From an uncultured Methylomirabilota bacterium (GTDB lineage Bacteria > Methylomirabilota > Methylomirabilia > Methylomirabilales > 2-02-FULL-66-22), in contig OY970067.1 in NCBI GenBank assembly GCA_963705305.1, positions 2,432,001 to 2,496,000 on the forward strand: DNA of 64,000 nt. Direction: 5' to 3'. The translations under genes and the position numbers were made by a program. Shown here piece by piece: positions 10,077-20,826 of the stretch. Each line of letters begins with the position of its first letter. Within the stretch, counting starts at the first letter, position 1. The notes under the pieces were generated by a model. The model was not told the origin of the DNA, did no database searches, and saw nothing but the letters and a program-made list of their open reading frames with translations.

Positions 10077-11663
10077 GCATGGACATTGCGATTCTTTCCG
10101 GTCGGATCTTCACCGGCGATCCGGTGCGACCCTGGGCCGAAGCCGTGTGCCTGAGGGAGGGGCGGATCGCCGCCGTGGGCGGCACCGCGGAGGTGCGGGC
10201 GGCGTGCAGCCGGGGGGCGCGGATCTTCGAGCTGCCCGGGCGGCTGGTGACGCCAGGGATCGTGGACGCGCACCTGCACTTCGTGGGCTTCGGACTGTAC
10301 CTCCGTCGGATCGACCTGCGCGGCCTCCCCTCCATCCAGGCCTGCCGGGAGCGGGTGCGGGAGGCGGTGCGGACCCGGGTACCGGGCGAGTGGATCATCG
10401 GCCGCGGCTGGCACGAGCACGACTGGGCGGAGCGGCGCGAAGCGGGCAGACGGGACCTCGACGACATTGCGCCGGATCACCCGGTGATGCTGATCCGCCA
10501 CTGCGGCCACACCGTGTGGGTCAACTCGGCGGCCCTGGCCAGGGCGGGGATCGCCAAGGGGACACCGGACGCCCCGGGGGCCCGCATCGAGCGGGATCCC
10601 AAGACGGGGGAGCCGACGGGTCTGCTGCGGGAGTACCGGAAGATCATCGAGAAGATGATCCCCCCCCACGCTGGAGGAGCGGAAGGACGCGGCGCTGCGC
10701 GCCCAGGCGGAGGCGCTGCGCTTCGGGGTGACGGGGGTGCACTCCTGCGAGACCCTCCTGGAGTGGGAGGCGCTGGCCGCCCTGGAAACGGAGCAGCGGC
10801 TTGTGCTACGCATCCACCACACCCTGCCGCCCGAGGAGCTGGAGCGGGCAAAGGTGCGGGGGATCGAGCCGGGCCGGGGGAGCGACCGGCTCTGGTTCGG
10901 GCAGGTGAAGCTGTTCGCGGACGGGACGCTGGGATCGGGAACAGCCTTGCTCCACCAGCCCTACGCGGACGATCCCTCCACCCGGGGACTCGAGTGCCTC
11001 TCGGCGGCCGAGCTGCAAGAGCGGACCGAGCTGGCCTACCGCTACGGGGGGGACGTGGCCGTCCACGCCATCGGGGATCAGGCCGTGACCAACGTGCTCA
11101 CCGCCGTCGAGGCGGCGCGCAGCCGCCTCCCGGGGCCCCGCCGCGACCGCGTCGAGCATGTCCAACTCGTCCGTCCGGACGACCTCGCCACCTTCCGGCG
11201 CCTGGGGGTGGTCGCCTCGGTGCAGCCGGTGCACCTGCTCACCGACATGCCGGTGGCGGAGCGGAAGTGGGGGATGGGTCGCTGCCGTTTCGCCTACGCC
11301 TGGAAGTCTATGCTCGATGCGGGGATTCGGGTGCAGTTCGGATCGGACGCCCCGGTCGAGTCGATCAACCCGCTGCTGAGCTTCCGCGCGGCGCTGAGCC
11401 GGCAGAGTCTGGCCGGCGGGCCACCGGGAGGGTGGTTCCCCGCCGAGCGGCTGACCCTGGAGGAGACCCTCCGGGGCTTTACCGCCGAGCCCGCTTGGAC
11501 CTCGCGGAAAGAGCATGAACTGGGCGTGCTCGCCCCCGGACGAAGGGCGGATCTCACCGTGTTCGCGGAGGACCTTTTCGGCAGGCCGCCAGGGGACGTG
11601 GCATCGGTCGAGGTGGAGATGACCGTGGTGGATGGCGAGGTGGCGTACCAGCGGGCGACCTAG
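10073..11663 (+). pseudogene. Amidohydrolase (YtcJ/Amidohydro_3-like), frameshifted at a C8 run (10660-10667)
   Basis: N-half PGIVDAHLH, GHTVWVNSAAL, PTGLLRE; C-half in another frame VKLFADGTLGS, HAIGD, RVEHVQ, FGSDAP; one C fewer restores the frame. Confidence 0.85.
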
Positions 11664-11856
11664 CCCTGGACTGAAGAAACTTTTGAACCGCCATGGCGCC
11701 AAGGCCCTACAATGAACAGGGTTCGGAGGCTTTGAGTCTTGGCTCCGGGCGCCCCTTCAGGGGACTTGAGGCGATTTCAGCCGCTGTGCGTCCCGTCCAT
11801 TCCAGCTATGCGATTCTTGGCGACTCGGCAGTGAGATGTTTTCGGAATGGGGCTGG
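11660..11856. repeat. MITE-like element, copy 1 (197 bp)
   Basis: Starts at CTAG; long imperfect terminal inverted arms; colinear with 39772-39969. Confidence 0.7.
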
Positions 11857-11913
11857 CACGCCCTCGGTCGAGGACGGACAAGGTGTCCCCGGCTGTTCCG
11901 GTCTGAGCAGATT

Positions 11914-12795
11914 TCAGCGCCCCTGGCGGAGCTTCTCGTAGAGGGCCTGGACCTCGCCCAGGTCCCGGCGGAAGGGGCCTTCGGCCTCGAGCTTCAGGCT
12001 GGTGACGGCGGCCGCCCAGACCACCGCGTCGGCGGGCGGGGCCGACAGGCGCCGCGACAGATAGGCCGCCGTGCAGGTATCTCCCCGCCCGCTGCGCCCC
12101 CGGATGGCCTGGGGGGCGAACGGCGCCTCGGCGCATTCCTTGCCGCAGCAGACAAGCACCCCCCCCGCATGGGTGAGCAGAACCTCGCGCGGCCCGGAGG
12201 CCGCCAGGCGCTTGGCGGCCTCGTATCGATCGGACTCGCCGGTAATCATCCCCGCCTCGACGGCATCCGTCTTGAGCACGGTGACATGCCGCAGGATCTC
12301 CTCCTTGCCCGGCCAGGCATCGGCAATCAGGAGGCCGTCCTGCACGACGCGGAGGAACCCCTGGACGTCGAGGGCCAGGAATTCCCCGTTGGCGGCCAGC
12401 GCCCGCACCACCTCGGCCGGGACCTCGCCCCGCACGGAGGCGCCGATAACAAATGCCCTGGCCTCCAGCCCCGCAATCTCCTCGAGGGTGAAGGATCCCG
12501 CCGAGCTGGTCAGCTCGATCGTCCGCTCATCCAGGTTGGCCGTCGGGTAGGTCAGCCGCAGGCAGGTGGAGGCGGGGGTAGCCGTGGCGTAGGGGGTCAC
12601 GCCCAGGCGCTCCAGCTCGCGCACGACATGCCAATCCTCGCGGGCGAGCCGGGTGACAACCGCGGTGCGCAACCCCATGCGCGCCGCCACGTGGGCCCCG
12701 TAGTTGAAGGCGCCCCCGTCCACAACACGGGTGACCTGCGGATATACGATGGTATCCTTGGTGTAATGGCCGACGAAGATGATGTCGAACGTCAT
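11914..12795 (-). CDS. PfkB/ribokinase-family carbohydrate kinase
   Basis: VGHYTKD, DGGAFNY, LDVQGFLR, C-terminal GRSGRGDT. Confidence 0.85.
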   Translation of the reverse strand: MTFDIIFVGHYTKDTIVYPQVTRVVDGGAFNYGAHVAARMGLRTAVVTRLAREDWHVVRELERLGVTPYATATPASTCLRLTYPTANLDERTIELTSSAGSFTLEEIAGLEARAFVIGASVRGEVPAEVVRALAANGEFLALDVQGFLRVVQDGLLIADAWPGKEEILRHVTVLKTDAVEAGMITGESDRYEAAKRLAASGPREVLLTHAGGVLVCCGKECAEAPFAPQAIRGRSGRGDTCTAAYLSRRLSAPPADAVVWAAAVTSLKLEAEGPFRRDLGEVQALYEKLRQGR

Positions 12796-13169
12796 GTCCC
12801 CTCCCACCGAATCACCCACCGTCGCGACCGGCCGCACGCTCTCCCGAGTGCGGTGCGATGCCAGTCGAAATGGAGCTCCGTAAGTCTAGCACAGCATTGG
12901 ATGGTCCGCATCCGATGCCGGAGGCGAGCCCCCGGCCTCCAGTCCGTTGCCCCGCCCCGCTGACCTGCCGGCTGTTGACACCTCCCCGCAAACCTTGATA
13001 GCGTCCTCGCCGGCCGGGATTCGAGTCCGGCATCCAGGGATGCTGGCGGTAGAATAAGAGACGTAGAAAGGAGCATCGGTCCCAAACGCGGGCCGCGAAG
13101 ATCTCCGTCCCCGGGTCCACGTCCAACCGACGGACTGCCGAGGAGGGCCGGCAGAAAGGAGATGCACGC

Positions 13170-14192
13170 ATGTCGCCAGTGGGGGTTGCGGTTGCAGGCG
13201 GCGGGATGATCGCCGGGGTGCATGTGGCGGCCCTGCGGGAGGTCGCCGACGCCCGGGTGGTCGGGGCCTGGAGCCGGTCGGCCGAGCGCGCCAGACGCTT
13301 CGCCGAACAGCACGGAGTCCACGCCTACGGAAGCTTCGAGGAGCTGCTGGCGGATCCCGCGGTGGAGGCGGTGAGCATCTGCCTCCCGGCGAGCTGGCAC
13401 GCCGAATACGGGATCCGGGCCGCCGCGGCGGGCAAGCACGTCATCGTCGAGAAGCCGATCGATATCACGGAGGAGAAGGCCGAGAGGCTGATCGAGGCCT
13501 GCCGGCAGCACCGGCGGACGCTGGCTGTCATCTTCCAGAACCGGTACACGCCGGCGGCCCGCCGGCTGCGGCAGGCGCTGGACCAGGGGCTGCTCGGCCG
13601 GCCGATCCTGGGGGATGCCTACATCAAGTGGTTCCGCTCCACGGAGTACTACCGGAGCAGCCCGTGGCGAGGCACCAAGGCCGGGGACGGCGGCGGCGCC
13701 CTCATCACGCAAGCCATCCACACCATCGATCTGCTCCAGTGGTTCATGGGTGGGGCCAGGCGCGTCTGCGGGATGGTCCGGACTTCCACGCATGCCATCG
13801 AGTCCGAGGATCTGGGGGTGGCCGTGGTGGAGTTCGCGGAAGGGGCCATGGGAGTGATCGAGGGTGCGACGGCCGTCCAGCCGGGCTTCAAGGAGCGGAT
13901 CGAGATCCACGGCCAGCGGGGATCGGTGATCCTGGAGGGGGGCAACATCCGGGAGTGGAAGGTGGAGGGCTGCACCGAGGCGGACTACGTGGATGCCCGG
14001 ACGGTGACTTACGGGTCCACCAACTCGCCCGCCATCTCGCACGTCAATCACACGGCCCAGTTCGAGGAGATCATCGGCGCCATTCAGGCCGGCCGCGATC
14101 CCCTGGTGAGCGGCGAGGAGGGCCTCAAGGCCCTTCGGATCGTCCTCGGCATCTACGAATCGTCGGCCGCGCGCAGGTGGGTCGACCTGTAG
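13170..14192 (+). CDS. Gfo/Idh/MocA-family oxidoreductase
   Basis: GGGMIA Rossmann start, GKHVIVEKP, GGGALITQAIHTIDLL. Confidence 0.92.
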   Translation: MSPVGVAVAGGGMIAGVHVAALREVADARVVGAWSRSAERARRFAEQHGVHAYGSFEELLADPAVEAVSICLPASWHAEYGIRAAAAGKHVIVEKPIDITEEKAERLIEACRQHRRTLAVIFQNRYTPAARRLRQALDQGLLGRPILGDAYIKWFRSTEYYRSSPWRGTKAGDGGGALITQAIHTIDLLQWFMGGARRVCGMVRTSTHAIESEDLGVAVVEFAEGAMGVIEGATAVQPGFKERIEIHGQRGSVILEGGNIREWKVEGCTEADYVDARTVTYGSTNSPAISHVNHTAQFEEIIGAIQAGRDPLVSGEEGLKALRIVLGIYESSAARRWVDL

Positions 14193-14240
14193 GGCGCGCG
14201 ACGCGAACAGGCGGCGCGAGGCGCCTGGAGGGGGTACACC

Positions 14241-14750
14241 ATGAGCCTGAGCTTGTTCTTCTTGCGGCACGGCCAGGCCGCCAGCCGGAGCGACTGGACG
14301 GGGGACGACGCCGCGCGGCCGCTCACCGCCGAGGGGAAGGAGCGCATGCAGCGGGAGGCGGATGCGATCGCGGCGCTGAAGCTTCCCCTGGATCTGATCA
14401 TCAGCAGTCCGCTGGTGCGCGCCATGCAGACGGCGGAGATCGTCGCCGGGGCGCAGGCCGGCGCGCCCCGCGTGATCGCGGATGGACGGGTGGGGCCAGG
14501 CTTCGGCGCGGACCACCTGGCCGCCATTCTGGCGGAGCATCGGAGGGCGGGGGCGGTGATGCTGGTGGGCCACGAGCCGGATTTCAGCTGGACGATCGGC
14601 CGCCTGATAGGCGGCGGTCGGCTGGTCATGAAAAAGGGCGGATTGGCCTGCGTCGAGCTGGAGGATCCGGCTTCCCTGCGGGGGGCGCTGGCGTGGCTCG
14701 TGCCGCCGGCGATCCTGGAACGGGGTCAGCGCGGGAGGAGGAAGGCATAA
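14241..14750 (+). CDS. sixA: Phosphohistidine phosphatase SixA
   Basis: LRHGQA, RPLT..G, SSPLVRAMQTA, LVGHEP. Confidence 0.88.
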   Translation: MSLSLFFLRHGQAASRSDWTGDDAARPLTAEGKERMQREADAIAALKLPLDLIISSPLVRAMQTAEIVAGAQAGAPRVIADGRVGPGFGADHLAAILAEHRRAGAVMLVGHEPDFSWTIGRLIGGGRLVMKKGGLACVELEDPASLRGALAWLVPPAILERGQRGRRKA

Positions 14751-15622
14751 CCCAGGAGGCGGTACACCAGCTTGGCGGCCAGGAAATCGGGCGCGACGAT
14801 GCCCGGCAGGGGCGCCAACTCGACGACGTCGAAGCCCACGATGCGCTTCGCCCTGGCCACCTCGCGAAGCACCGCCAGCAGGCGGTACCAGTCCAGACCC
14901 CCAGGCTCGGGGGTGCCGGTGGCGGGCATGATCCCCGGGTCCAGCACGTCCAGGTCCACCGTGATGTACACCTCGTCCGGCAGCGCTGCCAGCACCCGAC
15001 CAATCCACTGGTCCAATGGATCGGCCGCCGCCTCGGGTGCGAAGACGGTGCAGATGCCCCGCCGGCGGATGAGCGCCTGCTCCTCCGCGGTGAGCGAGCG
15101 GATGCCGATCTGAGCCAGCGGTGCGCCGTCATCGACGATCCGATGCATGACGCAGGCGTGGTTGTGAGGGGAGCCCTCGAAGGTATCCCGCAGGTCGGCA
15201 TGGGCGTCCAGCTGCAGCACGCCGAGCCCGGGGTGGCGGGTGCGCGCCGCCCGCACCAGCGGAGCGGCCACCGAATGCTCGCCGCCGAGCCCGACCAGGA
15301 AGCGACCCGCCGCGACCACCTCGCGCGCGATGCGCTCGACCCGCGCCAGGGTGGCGGCGGGCCCTGCCGTGTCGGGCGCGATCGGGGCGAGGGTCGTGAT
15401 CCCGACCTCCTCCCACGTGTCCGCGCCCAGCTCTTCGTCGTATGTCTCGAGGTGGGTGGAGGCCTCCAAGATCGCCAGGGGACCCCGCCGCGCGCCCGGT
15501 TGGTAGGAGGCGGTGAGATCGTAGGGAATGGGGAGGAGGGCGGCCCGGGGCTCCCGCGCGGGCTTCATTCCTTCGGGGATGCCGAGAAACTCCTGGTACG
15601 GCGCGTACCGCTCGTCACTCAC
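14726..15622 (-). CDS. speB: Agmatinase (ureohydrolase)
   Basis: [26 protein letters not shown]. Confidence 0.92.
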   Translation of the reverse strand: MSDERYAPYQEFLGIPEGMKPAREPRAALLPIPYDLTASYQPGARRGPLAILEASTHLETYDEELGADTWEEVGITTLAPIAPDTAGPAATLARVERIAREVVAAGRFLVGLGGEHSVAAPLVRAARTRHPGLGVLQLDAHADLRDTFEGSPHNHACVMHRIVDDGAPLAQIGIRSLTAEEQALIRRRGICTVFAPEAAADPLDQWIGRVLAALPDEVYITVDLDVLDPGIMPATGTPEPGGLDWYRLLAVLREVARAKRIVGFDVVELAPLPGIVAPDFLAAKLVYRLLGYAFLLPR

Positions 15623-16727
15623 TGCGAGTCTTCCGCTTCAGCGCCACGTAATCCCCCTGCAGGCGCTTGAGCAACTCTTCCCGCCGGTCGTACAGCCGCT
15701 TGGGCGTCCGGGACGCCCGTCTGGCCAGCGTGTAGGCGGTCAGCAGCGGCAGCGCGATGGTCGAGTCGGCGTACACCACCACGGCGCTGGGCAGCCGCTC
15801 CGGGTCGATCTTTCCCCAGGAGACGGCTTCCGAGGGCGTGGCCCCCGACAAGCCCCCGGTGTCGGGGCGGGCGTCGGTGACCTGGAGGAAGTAGTCGTGG
15901 CCCTTCTCCTCCAGCCCCAGGATCTCTTGAATCTGCGGCTCGGTCTGGAGCAGGAAGTTCTTCGGGCTGCCGCCGCCCAGGATCACCACAGCGCTCTTGC
16001 CGCCGGCCTGCTTGACGTCATAGACGATGGCCGCGGTCTCGTTGACATCCAGGTTCGGATCGATGGTGCCCTGGCAGCCCAGGAGGGACATCGCGGCCAG
16101 GTTCATCCCGATGGAGGAGTCGCCCGGGGAGGAGGTGTATACCGGCACGGCGGCCCGGTGGCAGGCGGCCAGGAGCGAGTGCCCCTGGGTCCCGAGCACC
16201 CGCTCGCGCTCCGCGACATGGCGGCCGAGCCGGTAGTGGAACTCCGCCGAGGACATGGGATGCTGGAACTCCTCGGCCGCGATGACCTTCACGATATAGG
16301 CATCCGTATCCAAGAGGACCTCTTCGGGAAAGAAGATGTCGTAGATGCGGATGATCCGATCCCGCCGCAACTCGACATCGGAGACGAAGGGGGAGCCGTG
16401 GTGCATCGGCATCCCGAGGCCGTAGTGCAAATCGTGATAGAGGTTCGCGCCCGTGGAGACGATCCAGTCCACGAACCCGGCCTCGACCAGGGGAATCAGG
16501 CAGGAGACACCGTACCCTCCCGGCGTGAGGGCCCCCGTCAGCGAGAGGCCGACGGTGACGTCCGGCTCCAGCATTTTCTCTGCGAAGAGCCGCGCCCCCT
16601 CCCGCAGCCGCGCCGCATTGTAGGCGGAAAATGCCTGCTCGACAAGCTCCGCCGCCGTCATGTTCCCGCGGACACGGGGAGGCAGGATTCTTCCACCGTG
16701 CAGGAAGGCGCTGTCGCGCTCGACCAT
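15615..16727 (-). CDS. Deoxyhypusine synthase-like protein (probable homospermidine synthesis)
   Basis: [42 protein letters not shown]. Confidence 0.92.
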   Translation of the reverse strand: MVERDSAFLHGGRILPPRVRGNMTAAELVEQAFSAYNAARLREGARLFAEKMLEPDVTVGLSLTGALTPGGYGVSCLIPLVEAGFVDWIVSTGANLYHDLHYGLGMPMHHGSPFVSDVELRRDRIIRIYDIFFPEEVLLDTDAYIVKVIAAEEFQHPMSSAEFHYRLGRHVAERERVLGTQGHSLLAACHRAAVPVYTSSPGDSSIGMNLAAMSLLGCQGTIDPNLDVNETAAIVYDVKQAGGKSAVVILGGGSPKNFLLQTEPQIQEILGLEEKGHDYFLQVTDARPDTGGLSGATPSEAVSWGKIDPERLPSAVVVYADSTIALPLLTAYTLARRASRTPKRLYDRREELLKRLQGDYVALKRKTRSE

Positions 16728-16737
16728 CGGACCTCCG

Positions 16738-17289
16738 TTAGTCGAAGAGCAAGACCGCCACGGCGATCGCCGTCGTCCACTTGCCGCCGCGGCCCACCAC
16801 GGCGGATTGGGTGACGTTGCGGGTGACCACGATCTTGTTCGAGATCTTCCAGATCTGGCGCTTCTCATCCCAGGACTGATCCTCGTCGAAATCCACGCCG
16901 ATCGTGGACGCCAGCATGGCGGCCGCCAGGTCCTCGGCGTAGTCCCCCGCCTCCTTCCCGGTCTGGCCGAAGGCGTGGTGCTCGGAGAGGTAGCCGAACA
17001 TGCGCCGGTCCCGCGGCACCGCCACCCCGATCGAGGCGGCGATCATGCGGTGGGGCTCGTTGGACTCGGCGCGGCTCATGACCACAAACGTGATCTGGCC
17101 GGGCTCCAGCCGCTCCTCGCCCTTGGCCCGGGTGATGAACCTGCATCCCGGGGGGTAGATGGAGGACACCGAGACCAGGTTGAGGGAGGCGATGCCGGCG
17201 TGGCGGAGCGCCAGCTCGAAGGACTGCAATTTCTCCGCGTGGACACCCACCCCGTTCGTGAGGTAGAGCTTCTTGGGGACGAAAGCCAT
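16738..17289 (-). CDS. pdaD: Pyruvoyl-dependent arginine decarboxylase
   Basis: [22 protein letters not shown] (Ser-Ser self-cleavage site), [15 protein letters not shown]. Confidence 0.92.
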   Translation of the reverse strand: MAFVPKKLYLTNGVGVHAEKLQSFELALRHAGIASLNLVSVSSIYPPGCRFITRAKGEERLEPGQITFVVMSRAESNEPHRMIAASIGVAVPRDRRMFGYLSEHHAFGQTGKEAGDYAEDLAAAMLASTIGVDFDEDQSWDEKRQIWKISNKIVVTRNVTQSAVVGRGGKWTTAIAVAVLLFD

Positions 17290-17501
17290 GGTCGCCTTCC
17301 CCTCCTCGTCAGATACGGCCCCCGAGCGGTCCGAGGTGTTCCGGCCGTTTCCTGCCCAGGGCTCCGCCCGTGGCAGGGCCCCGGCGTCGGCCGGCAATTC
17401 AACAAAGTACCGTACCCGATGTCATGATGTTAATCAAGCAAGAAGCCGCAGAATTGAGAGAGCGCGGCTCCCGACTCACGAGTCGCGGCCGTCGTCTCGC
17501 G

Positions 17502-19271
17502 CTATTTTTCCGGGCCGGCCCGATGCAGCGCCGATCCGGCTTCCGGGTACTCGAGAGTATTCTCCACCGCGGCAATGTGCTCCGGAGGGAAGTTGGGGAA
17601 AGGCAGCTTCTGCGTCTGCCGCCACGCCTGCACCGTGGCAACCGCCGCCTGGGCCTTGGCGGCATTCAATCCCGAGTCCCTGGCAACGTAGAGCGTGCTG
17701 GAGGGGAAGGCGACGCCCGTTCCGCTGGCCTCGATGATGTCCATGATGCGCAGCAGCAAGTCCTCCTGGATTTCGACGAAGGTCCCATAGTCGGCGGTGA
17801 GGATGTAGGAGAAGATCTCGAGGTCCAGCGAGGAGCCGCCGAATCGCACAAACCGGATGCGGGCCGAGCCGGTCTCGACCTTGGGGTGGGCGTACAGCAG
17901 CTTTCGGATCTCGGCCAGGATGTAGCGAAGCTGGTCGGCGGAGGTCTCGTAGCGCACCCCGATCGTGGGATGAAACCAGATCTTGTCCCGGACGGCGAAA
18001 TTTTCCACGTTCATGGCCGCCAGCTGGCCGTTGGGGATGCTCAACATCGTCCGATCGAGTGTCCGGATGCGGGTGGAGCGCAGACCAACGTCTTCCACCG
18101 TCCCCACGTAGTCTCCGATGCGGCAGAAGTCGCCGACCCGCACGGGCCGATCGGTGATGATCATGATCCCCCCGAACAGGTTCTCCAGCGTCTTCTGGGC
18201 GGCGAAGGCAATGGCCAGGCCGCCGATCCCCAGGCCGGCCAGCGCGGCGGTCAGATCGATATTGGCCAGGTAGAGAAAGGTAAGAGTTGCCAGAATGATC
18301 ATGGCGGCTGCGGCCAGCCGACGGAGCAGATGGGTGAGGGCGATCTGGTCCTTCCGATTGACGCGCTGGAGATGTGCGACCGTCAGCTCGGCGACGACAT
18401 CGACCGTGCGGAGAACCAGCCATGTCACGGCCAGAATGACCAGGGCGCTCGCCACACGTATCCAGAAATAGCGTGCCAGCAAAGGCAGGTCGATCAGCCA
18501 GGTCCCGATCACGATGGCCATCGCCAGGGAAAGCAGGCGGACCGGGAGGATGATCTTCCGGAGCCTGGGGTCGTCGGGCTCACCGGTAAGCCGGTGGATG
18601 ATTCGACGGAGCAGCGAGACGACGACGGACGTGAACACCCGGACGAAGAGGATGACAAACGGGATGGCGAGCACGACCGCGAGCCAGGCCCAGAGCGGGA
18701 AATTGAGGATCCGGATTTCCCGCAAGGGCTTCCACATGAATTTCTGGAACCACGGGGCCTTGATCTCCTCATAGATGGCCGGGACGCCGCGCAGGGTCTC
18801 GGGCGAAACGAGCCAGATGGGCGGTCCCTGACTCTGCGGAACCCGCAAAAGCAGGACGTTCAGTTTCGCCGAGCCGACCGTGGCCACCCCGAGCAACTCC
18901 TGGTCCGGCGGTAACCCGTCCTGCATGTTTCCCTGGGGATTCGCGCTGAGGGTGCTCAGGTCTTCGGTCGGCAGGCCGTTGTCCAGCGTCACCTTGAGCT
19001 GGCGCGCGAGCTCTTCGGCCGCCTTGGGGGAGAGCGAGGTGTCAAGGTACTGGACCGCCCGCGGCCAGTTCTGGTCCTGGGCCGCCCTGATGAAGCCGAG
19101 GACGGTGCCCTGAGGGGTGGTCCGCCCGAGGGGGTCCTGGCCGACGGATGGGGGTGCGGCCTGGGTCCGCCCGGGCCTGCCGGGGGAGAGGAAGGCCGCA
19201 GCCCGGGCGGATGCCGGGAATGCCGGCAGTGAGCAGAGCACGAGCAGGCACAGGACGCTAATCCTTCTCAT
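17502..19271 (-). CDS. mscS: MscS-family mechanosensitive channel with N-terminal periplasmic domain
   Basis: Signal peptide; DPLGRTTPQG; LAGLGIGGLAIAFAAQKTLENLFGG; GTVEDVGLRSTRIRT. Confidence 0.9.
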   Translation of the reverse strand: MRRISVLCLLVLCSLPAFPASARAAAFLSPGRPGRTQAAPPSVGQDPLGRTTPQGTVLGFIRAAQDQNWPRAVQYLDTSLSPKAAEELARQLKVTLDNGLPTEDLSTLSANPQGNMQDGLPPDQELLGVATVGSAKLNVLLLRVPQSQGPPIWLVSPETLRGVPAIYEEIKAPWFQKFMWKPLREIRILNFPLWAWLAVVLAIPFVILFVRVFTSVVVSLLRRIIHRLTGEPDDPRLRKIILPVRLLSLAMAIVIGTWLIDLPLLARYFWIRVASALVILAVTWLVLRTVDVVAELTVAHLQRVNRKDQIALTHLLRRLAAAAMIILATLTFLYLANIDLTAALAGLGIGGLAIAFAAQKTLENLFGGIMIITDRPVRVGDFCRIGDYVGTVEDVGLRSTRIRTLDRTMLSIPNGQLAAMNVENFAVRDKIWFHPTIGVRYETSADQLRYILAEIRKLLYAHPKVETGSARIRFVRFGGSSLDLEIFSYILTADYGTFVEIQEDLLLRIMDIIEASGTGVAFPSSTLYVARDSGLNAAKAQAAVATVQAWRQTQKLPFPNFPPEHIAAVENTLEYPEAGSALHRAGPEK

Positions 19272-19924
19272 AGGTGCCTCCATGGCGTTCCGTTCGACTA
19301 TTGACCTTGGGCCGAAACGGGAAGTTGAGATAAAACCATTCTGCCAGTAGGGATAACCGGAAGCGAGGGACTGTTTCGCGGGGCCGCGTGGCATCGCCGG
19401 AGGGAATTCATGTCCGAGGCGGCCGCCCGTCCCCTTGCCCCCGTCCGGCCTGCCGGGTCCATTGCGGCTCCCAGGATACCACGCTTAGGGCCGGACCGCT
19501 CCCCGGCCCGATGGTAAGCGCGTTCCCACCCAGAACGAATTGGCCATCGCCCGATTCCAGGGGCGCCACGTTGCCGAAATCGCCGCCAAGCTGGTGCGCG
19601 GCTCCCTCTGAGCAGCCCCCTCCACGGAGGGCCCGGAGCCGGCCCACCCACGCAGGGGGGGCGGCTCCATGCGCATGGGCCCCGGGCAGCCCACGCGCTG
19701 GAGATCTCTCGGCCCACGGGTCTGCTGGCTGGCTCCCGCCCGCCCACCTCTTTCCCGTCCCCGTCCGGCGCCTTCGCATCTGCGGCAATCCGTTTCCCCG
19801 GGCCGCGGGATTGTTCTTGATCCGAGACGTTTCCACGGGATGCGCTTGCCTGGCATGGCCGTTGGAGGGATGGTGTGGCTGGCAGCGTTCCGGCGAGTCG
19901 CGCCGCCGCGGAAAGGGGAAGATC

Positions 19925-20692
19925 ATGAGAGGCTATCGTCTGGTGGACCTGAGCCTGCCACTCATGAACGGAGGCGGCTTCGGGATGCCGGCCCAGATGC
20001 GTTTCACGGGCCATGCGGCTCGCGGCAAGGGCCTGGCCGAGCGGCACGGGCTCGATCCGGCCCTCCTGGGCGGCGCGGCCAACGCCATGGAGGAGTTCAC
20101 CTTCCTGAACTGCCACACGGGCACGCACTTCGATGCGCCCTGGCACTACGTCCCGACCACCCGCGGCCGCCCCGCCCTGACCGTCGATCAGATTCCCCTG
20201 GAATGGTGCTCCGGCGACGGGGTATGGCTCGACCTCAGCCACAAGCCGGCCGGCCACGACATCACCGCCGAGGATCTCCAGCGTGCGGTGGGCACGATGG
20301 ACTACCGCATCAAGCCGATGGATATTGTGCTCATCAAGACCGGGGCATCCGCCTTTTACGGCCGGCCGGGCTGCGACAACATGAACGCCGGGGTGACAGG
20401 GGGGGCCACCTTCTGGCTGGCCGATCGTGGGGTCAAGCTGGCAAGCATCGACGCCGGCTGCTGGGACCGCCCCCCGCAGCTCCAGCTGGAGTCGCTGCAG
20501 CGGGGGGAGCGCATAGGGCAGTACATGCAGGGCCATCGAGCCGCCGGGGAGCGCGGCATGTGCATCCTGGAGTGGCTCACCAATCTGGACCTGCTGCCCC
20601 ACAGCGGGTTCACCGTCGTTGCCTTCCCCGTCAAGGTGGAGCGGGGAACGGCGGGGTGGGTGCGCGTGGTGGCCATGGTGCCGGACACGTAG
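19925..20692 (+). CDS. Cyclase-family (kynurenine formamidase-like) metal hydrolase
   Basis: VDLSLP, HTGTHFDAPWH, ILEWLTNL, FPVKV..GTAGWVR. Confidence 0.88.
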   Translation: MRGYRLVDLSLPLMNGGGFGMPAQMRFTGHAARGKGLAERHGLDPALLGGAANAMEEFTFLNCHTGTHFDAPWHYVPTTRGRPALTVDQIPLEWCSGDGVWLDLSHKPAGHDITAEDLQRAVGTMDYRIKPMDIVLIKTGASAFYGRPGCDNMNAGVTGGATFWLADRGVKLASIDAGCWDRPPQLQLESLQRGERIGQYMQGHRAAGERGMCILEWLTNLDLLPHSGFTVVAFPVKVERGTAGWVRVVAMVPDT

Positions 20693-20826
20693 GGCGCACC
20701 CGCCGAGCGCGCGCGCTGCGCGAGGGGCCGCCGGCCCGACTCTCCCGGCGACCGAATATCACCCGAAGAGTTCAGACGGTCGCTTCCGCCCCGGCGGGGC
20801 GACGCGTGCGGCCAGGAGGATCCTGC

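Noticed and set aside
14726..14750. Convergent overlap of sixA and speB
   Set aside because: A 25-bp 3' overlap is ordinary in GC-rich genomes.
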